Assembly: GCA_002368645.1 (NCBI GenBank)
Contig: DFEE01000032.1
Location: 1,511-65,510 of the forward strand
Length of the DNA stretch: 64,000 nt
Origin: Bacteroidales bacterium UBA3810
GTDB taxonomy: Bacteria > Bacteroidota > Bacteroidia > Bacteroidales > Paludibacteraceae
Direction of reading: 5' to 3'
The position numbers were made by a program, and so were the translations under genes. The notes below the pieces were generated by a model. That model ran no database searches, was not told the origin of the DNA, and was given only the letters and a program-made list of their open reading frames with translations. Each line of letters starts with the position of its first letter. The stretch's first letter is position 1. This document shows, one piece after another, positions 26,209 to 36,491 of the stretch.

Positions 26209-26829
26209 TTATTTTACAGGATTGGCAGGTGCAGGAGCGGGAACCTTACCGGCATTAGCTACGATAGGATCCAAGATGTGCTGCATCTGTGCAAATGTGC
26301 AATCGGGGTTAATATTGGAGTTTACCATGAAATACTCGTGGCGCTTGATGTAATATTCACTTACAGCCATGGTCACCTCGTGGTAAACACGCATTCTTTT
26401 CTTAATAGTCGGATAATTGTCATCGGCACGACCGGATGTCTTTCCGCGGTTGAGAAGGCGCTCAATGATAACATCTTCGTCGGCATAGAGCTCGATCATG
26501 ACAGCTTTCATCTTGCGACGTTTCATCATGAGCGTGAGGGCTTCAGCCTGCTCTACTGTACGGGGATAACCATCAAGAATAACGCCGGGGCACTTCGGAT
26601 CGAGGTCATCGAAATAATGCTCAAGCAAGTGAATCATCTTATGGTCCGGAACGAGTTGGCCGGCAGCGATGATGGACTCTAACTCTTTACCGAGTTCGGT
26701 TCCCGCTTTGATTTCGCTACGGAGAAGGTCACCCGTTGAGAGGTGCTCGAGATGATACTTTTTAACAATGGAGTCCGAAATGGTTCCTTTACCTGACCCC
26801 GGAGGGCCTCCTAAAATAATGTTAAACAT
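26209..26829 (-). CDS. adk: adenylate kinase (short-lid type) with Pro/Ala-rich C-terminal tail
   Basis: P-loop GGPPGSGKGT. HLSTGDLLR and DGYPRT motifs are present. Confidence 0.9.
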   Translation of the reverse strand: MFNIILGGPPGSGKGTISDSIVKKYHLEHLSTGDLLRSEIKAGTELGKELESIIAAGQLVPDHKMIHLLEHYFDDLDPKCPGVILDGYPRTVEQAEALTLMMKRRKMKAVMIELYADEDVIIERLLNRGKTSGRADDNYPTIKKRMRVYHEVTMAVSEYYIKRHEYFMVNSNINPDCTFAQMQHILDPIVANAGKVPAPAPANPVK

Positions 26830-26877
26830 AGTAGTAGTGATTAGAAGTTATAGTTATTTGTGTATTGTTTTTTTTTG

Positions 26878-26910
26878 ACAAAAAACGAGTTGTCCTTACG
26901 AACAACTCGT
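26878..26910 (-). terminator. rho-independent terminator downstream of hup
   Basis: Stem ACGAGTTGT (26885-26893) pairs with ACAACTCGT (26902-26910). It is followed on the minus strand by a T-run (plus-strand A-run at 26880-26885). Confidence 0.6.
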
Positions 26911-26929
26911 CTTAAAGCAAAGTTGCTTA

Positions 26930-27193
26930 TTAGAGAGCCATTTTGGCGCCGGCTTTGAATTTAACAACCTTCTTAGCAGGGATTTGGATTTTAGCCTTGG
27001 TAGCAGGATTGATACCTTCGTGAGCAGGTTTGTTCACTACGTTGAAGGAACCAAAACCAATGAGTTGAACGCTCTCATCTTTCTTAAGAGCTTCAATAAC
27101 GGCTTCCATTGCAGCGTCAATAACGGCAGCGGCATTTACTTTTGAAACCTCAGCTTTAGCTGCAACGGCAGCTACGAGTTCAGCTTTATTCAT
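26930..27193 (-). CDS. hup: HU-family nucleoid DNA-binding protein
   Basis: 87 aa. Starts MNKAELVAAVA. Contains GFGSF and a PATKAKIQIPAKKVVKFKAG arm. Confidence 0.9.
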   Translation of the reverse strand: MNKAELVAAVAAKAEVSKVNAAAVIDAAMEAVIEALKKDESVQLIGFGSFNVVNKPAHEGINPATKAKIQIPAKKVVKFKAGAKMAL

Positions 27194-27261
27194 AACGATT
27201 GAATTTAAAGTTAATAATTAAACGTTTAATTATAATCCGGCTCTCAAACCGAATTCGACTG

Positions 27262-27269
27262 CAAAGATA
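27262..27269 (-). promoter_or_regulatory. -7 box TATCTTTG (minus strand) for hup
   Basis: The plus strand reads CAAAGATA, 69 nt upstream of the ATG at 27193. Confidence 0.4.
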
Positions 27270-27384
27270 TAAAAAAAAATACACTTATGCAAAAATTTGC
27301 CTCCAAAAAATGACAATTTTATGCAAAAATCGTTTTTTTTAGTATTTTTGCATGATTTTTGTTGGTTATATCAGAAAAAAATAC

Positions 27385-27392
27385 TAATTTTG
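27385..27392 (+). promoter_or_regulatory. -7 box TAATTTTG for the rhomboid gene
   Basis: TAATTTTG lies 24 nt upstream of the ATG at 27416. This argues against the longer track ORF start at 27359. Confidence 0.45.
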
Positions 27393-27415
27393 CAGCCCGT
27401 AAAGTTTATTACACT

Positions 27416-28147
27416 ATGAGAAATTTACCGACTATAACCAAAGCGATTCTTTTATTGAATGTGTTGATGTGGCTGGCGGATATGCTGGCGCGGCAGAGTG
27501 GGGTGGCGCTCTACTCCGTATTAGGATTGCATTATGTGACAGCAGATAGTTTTCACTTCTGGCAGCCGCTGACCTATATGTTTATGCACAGCAATTTCAG
27601 CCACCTGTTTTGCAATATGTTTGCCGTGCTGATGTTTGCTCCTGTCTTGGAGCAATCCTGGGGAGGAAATAAATTCCTTATATATTATATAGTGTCCGGT
27701 TTAGGCGCAGCGCTGACCCAAGAGGCTGTTTGGGCTATCCAACTACATTCGTTGGCAGGAACCTATGGAGACTTATATGCCGCCGGAATGGCTGAGCAAA
27801 TGGTAACCATCGGTGCCAGCGGAGCTGTCTTCGGCATCCTTCTTGCTTTCGCATGGCTCTTCCCCGAAGTCAGTATGTTCCTGCTCTTCATCCCTATCCC
27901 CATACGCGCGCGCACATTCGTATTAATATACGCGGCAATCGAACTTCTGGCGGGTTTCAGCTCCCTCCCCGGGGATAATGTGGCGCATTTCGCCCACTTA
28001 GGCGGTATGCTCTTTGGCTACTTATTGCTGCTCTGGTGGCGGAATAAAGACAAATGGACACGCGGTTTCCAATGGCGCAAACATGACGAAGCTGAAGAAG
28101 ACCAACGCGCTGATAACCGCGGCTGGCATTACCATAAAAGGGTATAA
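27416..28147 (+). CDS. rhomboid-family intramembrane serine protease
   Basis: Multiple TM helices. Catalytic GASGAVFG and downstream HLGGMLFG (Ser/His dyad context). Confidence 0.85.
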   Translation: MRNLPTITKAILLLNVLMWLADMLARQSGVALYSVLGLHYVTADSFHFWQPLTYMFMHSNFSHLFCNMFAVLMFAPVLEQSWGGNKFLIYYIVSGLGAALTQEAVWAIQLHSLAGTYGDLYAAGMAEQMVTIGASGAVFGILLAFAWLFPEVSMFLLFIPIPIRARTFVLIYAAIELLAGFSSLPGDNVAHFAHLGGMLFGYLLLLWWRNKDKWTRGFQWRKHDEAEEDQRADNRGWHYHKRV

Positions 28148-28204
28148 AATGCTAAAATTCTGCAAAAAAATAAAAATAAATTTGCACACTTCAAAAATTA
28201 ATTG

Positions 28205-28212
28205 TAATTTTG
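28205..28212 (+). promoter_or_regulatory. -7 box TAATTTTG for the rpsF-rpsR-rplI operon
   Basis: TAATTTTG lies about 78 nt upstream of the rpsF ATG. Confidence 0.4.
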
Positions 28213-28289
28213 CAGGCTTTTTCGCGCGAATCGGGCTTTGCCACGCCGCGGAAAGCATAGTATTAATAACTAATTAATTATTTAAATTT

Positions 28290-28655
28290 ATGTTAAACCA
28301 TTATGAAGCTGCCTTCGTGCTAACTCCCGTTTTGTCTGAGGCTCAGATGAAGGAGGCAGTTGACAAATTCGAGAAACTTCTCACGGATAATGGAGCAGCC
28401 ATCCTAAACCGCGAGGAGTGGGGTCTGCGCAAACTCGCTTATCCCATCCAAGGCAAAACAACCGGTTTCTATGCTATCATGCAATTTGATGTTGAACCGG
28501 CTATTATTGCGACTCTCGAGACTGAATTCCGTCGTGATGAGCGCGTTATCCGTTTCTTAACGACCCGTCTCGACAAGTATGCGTACGAGTACGCTCAAAA
28601 ACGTCGTCATGCAAAAACGGCAGATGTTGAACCCGCTAAAGTAGAGGAGGCTTAA
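28290..28655 (+). CDS. rpsF: 30S ribosomal protein S6
   Basis: Starts [13 protein letters not shown]. Conserved S6/S18/L9 gene order. Confidence 0.93.
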   Translation: MLNHYEAAFVLTPVLSEAQMKEAVDKFEKLLTDNGAAILNREEWGLRKLAYPIQGKTTGFYAIMQFDVEPAIIATLETEFRRDERVIRFLTTRLDKYAYEYAQKRRHAKTADVEPAKVEEA

Positions 28656-28657
28656 TT

Positions 28658-28918
28658 ATGGCAGAAGAAGTTCGTTATCTCACTCCACAAACCAATTTGG
28701 AGAAGAAGAAAAAGTACTGCCGCTTCAAGAAAGCAGGTATTAAGTACATTGATTACAAAGACCCTGAGTTCCTTAAGAAGTTCCTCAACGAGCAAGGTAA
28801 AATCCTGCCCCGTCGCATCACCGGTACTTCCCTTAAGTTCCAACGCAAAGTGGCCCAAGCTGTTAAGAAAGCACGCCATCTCGCTTTGCTGCCTTACGTA
28901 ACTGATATGATGAAGTAA
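28658..28918 (+). CDS. rpsR: 30S ribosomal protein S18
   Basis: Contains [19 protein letters not shown] and LPRRITGTS. Confidence 0.93.
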   Translation: MAEEVRYLTPQTNLEKKKKYCRFKKAGIKYIDYKDPEFLKKFLNEQGKILPRRITGTSLKFQRKVAQAVKKARHLALLPYVTDMMK

Positions 28919-28963
28919 TCGTTTAATAATGTTTAAGTTTAATCATTTAAAGAGTTAAAGATT

Positions 28964-29407
28964 ATGGAAATTATATTAGTTCAAGACGTAGCCAATCTCG
29001 GTTACAAAAACGATATCGTTAAGGTTAAGGACGGTTATGGCCGCAACTACTTGATCCCGAACAAATTGGCTATCATCGCCAATGAGTCTAACAAGAAACA
29101 GCTGGCTGAGAACCTCAAACAACAAGCTAAGAAAATCGCGCAAGCTTTGGCTGATGCTCAAGCTCTCGCTGAGAAATTGGCTGCCACTACCATTACTCTT
29201 GCTGCTAAAGCGAATGAGAATGGTAAAATCTTCGGTACCATCACGACCGCACAGGTTAGTGAAGCTCTCGCAGCGCAAGGTATTGAGATTGATAAGAAAG
29301 TTATCAGCATTGATGAACCTATCCGCGAAATCGGCGAAGCCGTTGCTAACGCTCGTCTGCACCGCGAGGTTAAAGCTGAAATTAAGTTAAACGTAGTAGC
29401 AGAATAA
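28964..29407 (+). CDS. rplI: 50S ribosomal protein L9
   Basis: Starts MEIILVQDVANLGYKNDIVKVKDGYGRNYLIP. Confidence 0.93.
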   Translation: MEIILVQDVANLGYKNDIVKVKDGYGRNYLIPNKLAIIANESNKKQLAENLKQQAKKIAQALADAQALAEKLAATTITLAAKANENGKIFGTITTAQVSEALAAQGIEIDKKVISIDEPIREIGEAVANARLHREVKAEIKLNVVAE

Positions 29408-29500
29408 GGTGGAGAAATGACGGTTCGTGCAAGTCGAGTGTAAACGTGTTTACACAACTCGATGAAGCCGAAGCTCCAAAATTTAAATGGATTTTAAATT

Positions 29501-29755
29501 ATGAAACAAGGAATTCATCCGGACAACTACCGTATAGTAGTGTTCAAAGACATGAGTAATGGTACTCAGTTCTTCAGCCGCTCTACTGCTGCTACGAAGG
29601 ACACCATTGATGTTGATGGCAAAACTTATCCGCTCATTAAGCTGGAAATCTCCAATACTTCGCACCCCTTCTATACCGGTAAGTCGAAGTTGGTTGATAC
29701 CGCCGGACGTGTTGATAAGTTCATGAGCCGTTACGGTGAACGCAAACGCAAATAA
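29501..29755 (+). CDS. rpmE: 50S ribosomal protein L31 (type B, no zinc CxxC)
   Basis: Starts [10 protein letters not shown] and contains [11 protein letters not shown]. No Cys pairs are present. Confidence 0.9.
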   Translation: MKQGIHPDNYRIVVFKDMSNGTQFFSRSTAATKDTIDVDGKTYPLIKLEISNTSHPFYTGKSKLVDTAGRVDKFMSRYGERKRK

Positions 29756-29770
29756 GCGTTTCTAACTTAA

Positions 29771-29798
29771 GGGCAGGCTCATTCAGTCTGCCCTTTTT
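29771..29798 (+). terminator. rho-independent terminator after rpmE
   Basis: GGGCAG, then the loop, then CTGCCC followed by TTTTT. Confidence 0.7.
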
Positions 29799-29823
29799 AT
29801 TAACCTTTTAAGACGAATACACT

Positions 29824-30624
29824 ATGAAAAAACAACTTTGGTTAGAGATGGGCAAACAAACACTCCTCTCAATAGCAATCTTTGCTTGCTTATTTGTTGC
29901 ACTGTACCTCGTGGAGCTTTTCATCCCAAGCCTTCATGGTAAACTACTCCAATGGGATAACCTCGCCTTTATTGTCGGTATTCCTGCCTCGGTCATTGGT
30001 ACGGCATATGTCCTCACGATTAAAAACCCCAATAACTACCTGGGTTTCTATTTGGGTATTGTGATGTCGCTACTCCTCGCGTGGCAGTTTTACTTACAAG
30101 GGCAATATGACTTGGTTATACTATATACTTTATTGTTTGTGCCCTTCCTACTGCGGTCACTTATGACATGGCGCAAGGCGACACTCAATCCCGAGCCTGA
30201 TGCAGAACCCTTTGTGCCGTCATTCTTGCATACTAAACAAGTCTTTATCACGCGAATTATATACTGGATCATTATATTGGCGGATTTTGGAGTGGTCACT
30301 TACTTGAGTATGCGCAATCCGGACGCCGTTATAACGTTGAAAGGCATATTTATCAACCTCACGGGAGCTATGCTTATAGGAAGTTCCATCTTCGCTAACT
30401 ACTGGCTTATCCATAAATCCAACGATGCATGGATTTATTGGGTAATTTACAGCTTAGCCGGTATAGTACTTAACGCCTTGATAGGTAATGCCTTCTCGTT
30501 CGTCCTCTTTACCATGTTCTTGATTATCAATGGTAGCGCACAGGTGGCATGGATTAAAATAACGGACGAACAACACTTAGGTTGGACTGAGCCAATCCAC
30601 CGTATACTAAATAGAACTAAATAA
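29824..30624 (+). CDS. pnuC: nicotinamide riboside transporter PnuC-like membrane protein
   Basis: Seven or eight TM helices. Trp-rich motifs (AWQFYLQGQYDLV, NDAWIYWVIYS, AQVAWIK) recall the PnuC family. Assigned from memory, not searched. Confidence 0.55.
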   Translation: MKKQLWLEMGKQTLLSIAIFACLFVALYLVELFIPSLHGKLLQWDNLAFIVGIPASVIGTAYVLTIKNPNNYLGFYLGIVMSLLLAWQFYLQGQYDLVILYTLLFVPFLLRSLMTWRKATLNPEPDAEPFVPSFLHTKQVFITRIIYWIIILADFGVVTYLSMRNPDAVITLKGIFINLTGAMLIGSSIFANYWLIHKSNDAWIYWVIYSLAGIVLNALIGNAFSFVLFTMFLIINGSAQVAWIKITDEQHLGWTEPIHRILNRTK

Positions 30625-30686
30625 TTAGCTTGGAAAATAGGGCACCCGGCATCCTGGTAACCTGGATAAATAAAACAACTGAACTA

Positions 30687-31595
30687 ATGAGAAAACCCAA
30701 AAACGACACAGTCTTGAGAGTCAATGAGGAAACGCTCTTACTTCCTTTCCTCATAGCTAAACTCGGAGGAATGACCCGTACAAGTGCTAAACTGCTCTTA
30801 TCGCACCGCCAAGTCCTCATCAACCGAACCGTACAGACGCGGCATGATACGCCTCTACACGTTGGCGATGAGGTTACTATCTTAACCGGAAAAGGGAACA
30901 TTGAACTGAAGCATCCGAAACTCAAGATTATTTACGAGGACGACCACCTTATTGTTGTTGATAAGAAAGAGGGCTTGCTGACCGTAGCTGCGCAACCCGG
31001 AAGTGCAGAAATGACGGTATTTTCAATCCTCAAAAATTATGTCCGTAAGCAAAATCCCCGCAATGGAATCTTTGTGGTACACCGCCTTGATAGAGAAACA
31101 AGCGGCGTGTTAGTCTTCGCTAAAAGCCCTGAACTGCAACACTATATGCGAGATTACTGGCGACAGCTTGTCACCAAACGGACCTATATCGCCGTCGTGG
31201 AAGGAGAAATGGACGAGCCCAAAGGCACTATCCGCTCTTGGTTTACAGAGGATAAAAAAAACGCTGTGGTGTATTCTTCACCGGTGGATGATGGTGGCGA
31301 CTTGGCAATAACGCATTACGAAACAATTTCTTCTTCCGAGCACGAGGGACAAATTTATTCGCTCCTCGAACTGCACTTGGAAACTGGTCGTACCAACCAG
31401 ATTCGTGTCCACTTGGCGTCTAAAGGTCATCCCGTAGTGGGCGACCGTAAGTATGGACATGGCAATGAGACTTCACCTATTGACAGACTCTGCCTGCATG
31501 CTAAGGTCTTGGAGTTCATTCATCCTGCAACTGAACAAGTAGTCCACTTCGAAAGCCCCGTACCCAAAACCTTCCGCATCCTCGTTAAAGGATAA
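30687..31595 (+). CDS. RluA-family pseudouridine synthase with N-terminal S4 domain
   Basis: Catalytic HRLDRETSGVLVFAK, and RTNQIRVHL near the C-terminus. The ATG at 30687 is preferred over the TTG at 30630. Confidence 0.85.
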   Translation: MRKPKNDTVLRVNEETLLLPFLIAKLGGMTRTSAKLLLSHRQVLINRTVQTRHDTPLHVGDEVTILTGKGNIELKHPKLKIIYEDDHLIVVDKKEGLLTVAAQPGSAEMTVFSILKNYVRKQNPRNGIFVVHRLDRETSGVLVFAKSPELQHYMRDYWRQLVTKRTYIAVVEGEMDEPKGTIRSWFTEDKKNAVVYSSPVDDGGDLAITHYETISSSEHEGQIYSLLELHLETGRTNQIRVHLASKGHPVVGDRKYGHGNETSPIDRLCLHAKVLEFIHPATEQVVHFESPVPKTFRILVKG

Positions 31596-31683
31596 TCCCG
31601 TCTTTTGCAATTCATATGTCATGCATAAAAAAATACGCCACGCACCCGCGTGACGTATTTTATTATTCTTTCACCTCTTGTTA

Positions 31684-34194
31684 TCACTCTCGCACCTCTT
31701 GTCCCTGCAAAGTATATACCTTCTCTCCTCTACGAATAAGTATCTGCCCGTTGCGGAAGAATTTGGAAGTGCTTCCTGCCGTGGTGCTCTCTATTGTCTC
31801 AATGGCTTCAGGGGCGTCCTCCTCATAGGTACCTTGGGTGGTGAAGGTCTGCTCCGTGCCATAATAATATTGGTCACCTACCTTGCCATATACACGGTAG
31901 CGATAGACCGTACCGGCATCAAGGTCTGTGAGTGTCGCACGCAAGGCAATACCATCAGCTTGTACAAAGATATGATTTCCGAGTTCCGAAGACATGCGTG
32001 CAGGAGCATTTGCCTCCTCATTAACTCGGCTTTCGGTCCAATATTCAAATCCTTGTTCGTCAAAATCCTCTGAACCGGCAAGGGCATAACCGCTAATAGT
32101 GGCCTCGTCCTCACGCACTATGGTTGCTCCGTATGTATATAGAACCGGCTCAAATGCTACTGTTGCATCGCCGGTGAAGATATACTGCCAGTCGCCGTAG
32201 TACATATTTCCCGCAGCGGACTGATAGAACGCACGGTATTTATAGTATGTGTCGTCGCGAAGATTCTTCAACCGTCCTGCCATTTGTCCTGAAGCCACAG
32301 GGCAAAAGACTTTAGTCCCCGCCATATCATCCGGAGCATCATTGCGCTTGTACTCAAATCCGCAATTCACTTCCGCATCCGACATATTCGTCTCTGCCAA
32401 CAAAATAGCCGTTGTGCTCGACACCGGCTTGGACGCTTTGGTCGTCAGTTCAAGAGCGGTGGTAGTGAAAGAGACATTGATTGTCTCTGTCTCACCGGTA
32501 TTGGCTGTCAGTACTACTGGAACATCATTATATTCGCTATTGGGCTCCAAACCGATATACTCCAATACATTCCCCGCTTGCTGCTCTCCACCTTCAATAC
32601 CGATAGAAGCGATAGTAAGATTATCTAACTCCCAAAAATTATGTTGTAACTCCATGGAAAAAGATGTCGTGCCCACAGATTGAACAGAACTATACGCATC
32701 CATTTCTATGTAATTCAGCCCTGTCCAGTATTGAGCATTCTGATACGTATTGGCAGACCCAACCGGCACATATACGGTTATTCCTTCAGGAAAGGCATAT
32801 CCGCTCGTACCATCATCACGACTTGGAGGTGTAGTTGGATATGCGTAAATTCGTTCTAAATGAGTGCACCCCTGGAAAACCGAATTACCCATAACACGCA
32901 CGGTACTTGGAAGTGTAATCGAAGTCATGTGAGAGCATCTATAGAATGCTTTTTCATAAATATGCGTTACTCCTTGAGGAATTGTTACTCGACCGCTAAC
33001 CGCGGCAGAACAGGCTTCTATAGTTTTTTTTGCACTGCTGCCATATACTAAATAACCCTCCACATATCCATTTAGATACCTCGCTCCCCAAGGTGAACCA
33101 TTTGCTGTGCCGGTATAATTTATATTAGGAATATCTTCAAATGCGTAATCACCAATCGTTGTTACATCGTGAGGAATTGTGACGGACACTACTCTGTAAC
33201 ATTTTCTGAACGCTTTTGATTTTATGGTATTTACATTGTCATCAACACTTATTTCGCCTTCTGCGACTGACAAACAAGCCCGCAATTCTGTTTTGGATTC
33301 GTCGTTATAGACAAAGTTTCCCTCTACGTAGCCATTGACACTTTTGGCATTCCAAGGTGCGCCCGAAGCTGAACCGGAATAATTAATATTAGGAACATCT
33401 TGAAAATCGTGCAATTCTGTTACGCTATTCGGAATATCTATAGTCAAGGAGGTGCAACCTGGGAAAACTTCGTAAAGCGATGTTATATTGGCAGGTAATG
33501 TAACATCCTTTAAATTAATGCAATTTTGAAAAGCACCATTTAAGATTTTTGTATCTGCGCTTTGAAAAGAAACAGATTCTAAATTCTCACATCCTGCAAA
33601 GGTGAAAAAACCTAATTTCTCTACTTGAGCAGGGATTACTAAATTTCTAACCAACTCTCCGTTCAAATATAAATTATGTGCATACATCAAAGGATTTGTT
33701 CCATCCCCATAATCATAGAAATCACTTTCGCACCATGCTACTAAATCATAGATATACACAGCCTCCAACCGATTACAATATGCGAATGCATCAACACCAA
33801 TACTTATTTTACCGTGGAAAGTTACTGTTTTTAATTTGGGACAATTTCGAAACGCTGCTCGTCCAATTTCCTTAAGACAATTCGGAAATGTCGCAGAAGA
33901 GAGGTCTTGACATCTATCAAATGCGTATGATTCAACACTTGTCACATTGTATGTGACGCCATCGTGTTGAACTGTTTCTGGGATATTTACCGCTGTAATA
34001 TCCCATCCTTCGTTATAATAATATACAGAATTTGTGTAAGTTACACTTTTGTATGTAACGGATGCTTGATTTGTTTCTGTGTCTAAATTGTAGTATAAAT
34101 CACCAATTTGAACACGCTCAATGATTTCTGCAAACACCATCCCCACACTCGCCACTACCGCAAACAATAAAGTAAATAGTTTTTTTCTCATCAT
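31684..34194 (-). CDS. BspA-type leucine-rich-repeat surface protein with C-terminal beta domains and sorting-like motif
   Basis: Signal peptide MMRKKLFTLLFAVVASVGMVFA. Repeated LRR_5-type units: IP..V..I...AF..C..L..V.. The C-terminus is FFRNGQILIRRGEKVYTLQGQEVRE. Confidence 0.85.
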   Translation of the reverse strand: MMRKKLFTLLFAVVASVGMVFAEIIERVQIGDLYYNLDTETNQASVTYKSVTYTNSVYYYNEGWDITAVNIPETVQHDGVTYNVTSVESYAFDRCQDLSSATFPNCLKEIGRAAFRNCPKLKTVTFHGKISIGVDAFAYCNRLEAVYIYDLVAWCESDFYDYGDGTNPLMYAHNLYLNGELVRNLVIPAQVEKLGFFTFAGCENLESVSFQSADTKILNGAFQNCINLKDVTLPANITSLYEVFPGCTSLTIDIPNSVTELHDFQDVPNINYSGSASGAPWNAKSVNGYVEGNFVYNDESKTELRACLSVAEGEISVDDNVNTIKSKAFRKCYRVVSVTIPHDVTTIGDYAFEDIPNINYTGTANGSPWGARYLNGYVEGYLVYGSSAKKTIEACSAAVSGRVTIPQGVTHIYEKAFYRCSHMTSITLPSTVRVMGNSVFQGCTHLERIYAYPTTPPSRDDGTSGYAFPEGITVYVPVGSANTYQNAQYWTGLNYIEMDAYSSVQSVGTTSFSMELQHNFWELDNLTIASIGIEGGEQQAGNVLEYIGLEPNSEYNDVPVVLTANTGETETINVSFTTTALELTTKASKPVSSTTAILLAETNMSDAEVNCGFEYKRNDAPDDMAGTKVFCPVASGQMAGRLKNLRDDTYYKYRAFYQSAAGNMYYGDWQYIFTGDATVAFEPVLYTYGATIVREDEATISGYALAGSEDFDEQGFEYWTESRVNEEANAPARMSSELGNHIFVQADGIALRATLTDLDAGTVYRYRVYGKVGDQYYYGTEQTFTTQGTYEEDAPEAIETIESTTAGSTSKFFRNGQILIRRGEKVYTLQGQEVRE

Positions 34195-34326
34195 TAGTTC
34201 CCTAAATACGTGTCGGGCGCAACTTTTAATAGGTTAATAATTTATGTTTATTTTGTTGGCTTATTTCTTAATTAAGAGTACCTTTGCCTGCTATCTATAG
34301 CTGGTACTAAAACAAAAGCGCGAACA

Positions 34327-34748
34327 TTATCCACGCTCATTCTCCTTAACTAGGTTCTGGTAATTTCCTTCATCCAACATCATTAGTTCTACATGTTAAT
34401 AATCTGTTCCGTCAACAGATATACGTTTTTGCCGTTCCATAAAAGCGAAACCTTGTCCCAACTCAAGGATAGAACGCTCCATCTGCTGAAGAATAGCATT
34501 CTCTAAATCTTTTTCTGAATAGTTTCAGTGTAATCCTAAATAATCCACTATATAAGAGCTACGTAATACCATTTCGGGGGGCAACTCTCCCGGCTCTAAC
34601 TCTTTCATAGTAGCTATTTGGGTTTCCTCTGGTTCCGCAGCAATAAGCGAGCGCTCATATAACACGGCATCTTCGTACTTGCTTAACTGGCGCAAACTCC
34701 AGCGTTGCTTCTTTGTGCGCTAACAATATCAATCCACTTCAGTTTCAT
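34327..34748 (-). pseudogene. degraded fragment of a DUF1016/YhcG-type PDDEXK nuclease gene
   Basis: Minus-strand frame reads KQRWSLRQLSKYEDAVLYERSL...VDYLGLH*NYSEKDLENAILQQMERSILELGQGFAFMERQKRISVDGTDY*HVEL. In-frame stops are at 34525-34527 (TGA) and 34396-34398 (TAA). The N- and C-terminal parts of the family are missing. Confidence 0.65.
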
Positions 34749-34860
34749 ATTTGTTTAGGGAATTAATAAGGTTTGTTAATTATGGGTTATTCTTTGATAA
34801 TCTGTGCTCTATGCTACATTCGTTTGCTCCTGTCCCGCACCGCTGCAGACGCTGTGTTCA

Positions 34861-36417
34861 TTATCCGACCCAATCGGGTCTATCAATAGAGCGATAAGAG
34901 AGAGCCTCCATGAGATGCGGAATCGCTATGTCCTTTGCTCCTGCAACATCCGCTATTGTGCGGGCTACCTTCAAAATGCGGTCATAAGCACGTGCGGATA
35001 AGCCTAACTTCGTCATGGATGCTTCTAACAACTTGTCGCATTGTGCATCTAATACACAATACTGCCGTACCTGTTTAGGCGACATCTGGGCATTGCAATA
35101 AATCCCGGTTCCGGCGAAACGTGTTTGCTGCACTTTGCGGGCTTTTACAACGCGCTCGCGAATAGTAGCTGAAGACTCGCCCGGCTGGATAGATTTGAGT
35201 TTCTCATACGGCACCGAGGCAATCTCGCACTGGATATCTATACGATCCAATAGCGGTCCGCTGATTTTGGTGAGATACCGATGAACTTGTGCCGGCGTGC
35301 AGGTACAAGGGTGCGCGGGGTTATTTTCACCATAGTGCCCGCAGGGACATGGGTTCATTGCGGCGACAAGCATAAAAGATGCAGGATACTCAACAGAGAG
35401 TTTGGCACGGGAGATAGTAATCTTCCGGTCCTCAAGCGGCTGCCTCAGTACCTCTAATGCGCTACGCTTGTATTCGGGTAACTCGTCTAAAAACAGTACT
35501 CCGTTATGGGCAAGAGAAATCTCTCCGGGATGCGGATTTTGTCCCGCTCCCGCTAACGCTACATCGGTTATCGTGTGGTGCGGACTGCGGAATGGACGCC
35601 TCACTATCAGCGTCTCGGACTCGCGGTCTCCCTTTTTAGTTAGTAAACCGGCAACAGAATGTATCTTTGTCGTCTCTAATGCTTCTTCCAAGGTCAAGGG
35701 TGGTAATATGGAGGGCAATCGCTTTGCCATCATCGATTTACCGGCTCCCGGAGGACCTACCATCAACATATTATGACCGCCTGCTGCGGCTATTTCCATC
35801 GCTCTACGCACATTCTCTTGACCGCGAACATCCGCAAAATCCAAATCCGTCTGTAAGGCCTCTGTCTGGAATAATGCTTCTGTATCAACGACGGTTGGCT
35901 TTAAAGTCCCCGTATCACGAAGGAAATCAATAACTTGTTGCAATGAACTGACGCCATAAACCGATAAACCATCTACGATAGCCGCTTCGCGGACATTCTC
36001 TTCCGGCACAATGAGCCCCGCAAAACCTTCTTTGCGCGCACATAGAGCAATAGGCAATACACCCTTAATGGGACGTACCGAACCATCTAAACTCAACTCC
36101 CCCATGATGATATAGTCTTGCAAATGAGCGGTTGGCACAATCTCAGCACCTGCCAACTCTCCAATCGCGATGGGCAGGTCGTAAGCGGAACCTTCTTTCT
36201 TAATATCTGCTGGAGCTAAATTGATGGTAAGGGCACGATGAGGATAGGCTTTGCAGGTCAACTCAATTGCGGCCTTGATACGCTCATAGCTCTCTTTGAT
36301 AGCTGTATCTGGAAGACCAACTAACGTAAAGTCAAAACCTGGGACTGCATATACCTCTATGGTCACTTTGACGGCATCTATTCCAATAGGAGCGGCGCCA
36401 TATACTTTTGTCAACAT
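34861..36417 (-). CDS. comM: YifB/ComM family Mg-chelatase-like AAA+ ATPase
   Basis: 518 aa. N-terminal Lon-protease-like domain, Walker A GPPGAGKS, FLDELPEY, and CPCG..G zinc-ribbon-like insert. Confidence 0.9.
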   Translation of the reverse strand: MLTKVYGAAPIGIDAVKVTIEVYAVPGFDFTLVGLPDTAIKESYERIKAAIELTCKAYPHRALTINLAPADIKKEGSAYDLPIAIGELAGAEIVPTAHLQDYIIMGELSLDGSVRPIKGVLPIALCARKEGFAGLIVPEENVREAAIVDGLSVYGVSSLQQVIDFLRDTGTLKPTVVDTEALFQTEALQTDLDFADVRGQENVRRAMEIAAAGGHNMLMVGPPGAGKSMMAKRLPSILPPLTLEEALETTKIHSVAGLLTKKGDRESETLIVRRPFRSPHHTITDVALAGAGQNPHPGEISLAHNGVLFLDELPEYKRSALEVLRQPLEDRKITISRAKLSVEYPASFMLVAAMNPCPCGHYGENNPAHPCTCTPAQVHRYLTKISGPLLDRIDIQCEIASVPYEKLKSIQPGESSATIRERVVKARKVQQTRFAGTGIYCNAQMSPKQVRQYCVLDAQCDKLLEASMTKLGLSARAYDRILKVARTIADVAGAKDIAIPHLMEALSYRSIDRPDWVG

Positions 36418-36491
36418 AATGGGACTGTATTAGATTTTGGGCGCAAAGATAATATATTTATCGGATATGAGCAAATAGAAATGCGATTTTT

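Noticed and set aside
28976-29457. Alternative-frame and antisense ORFs over rplI
   Set aside because: They are shadows of the L9 gene, which is confidently identified by its N-terminal signature.
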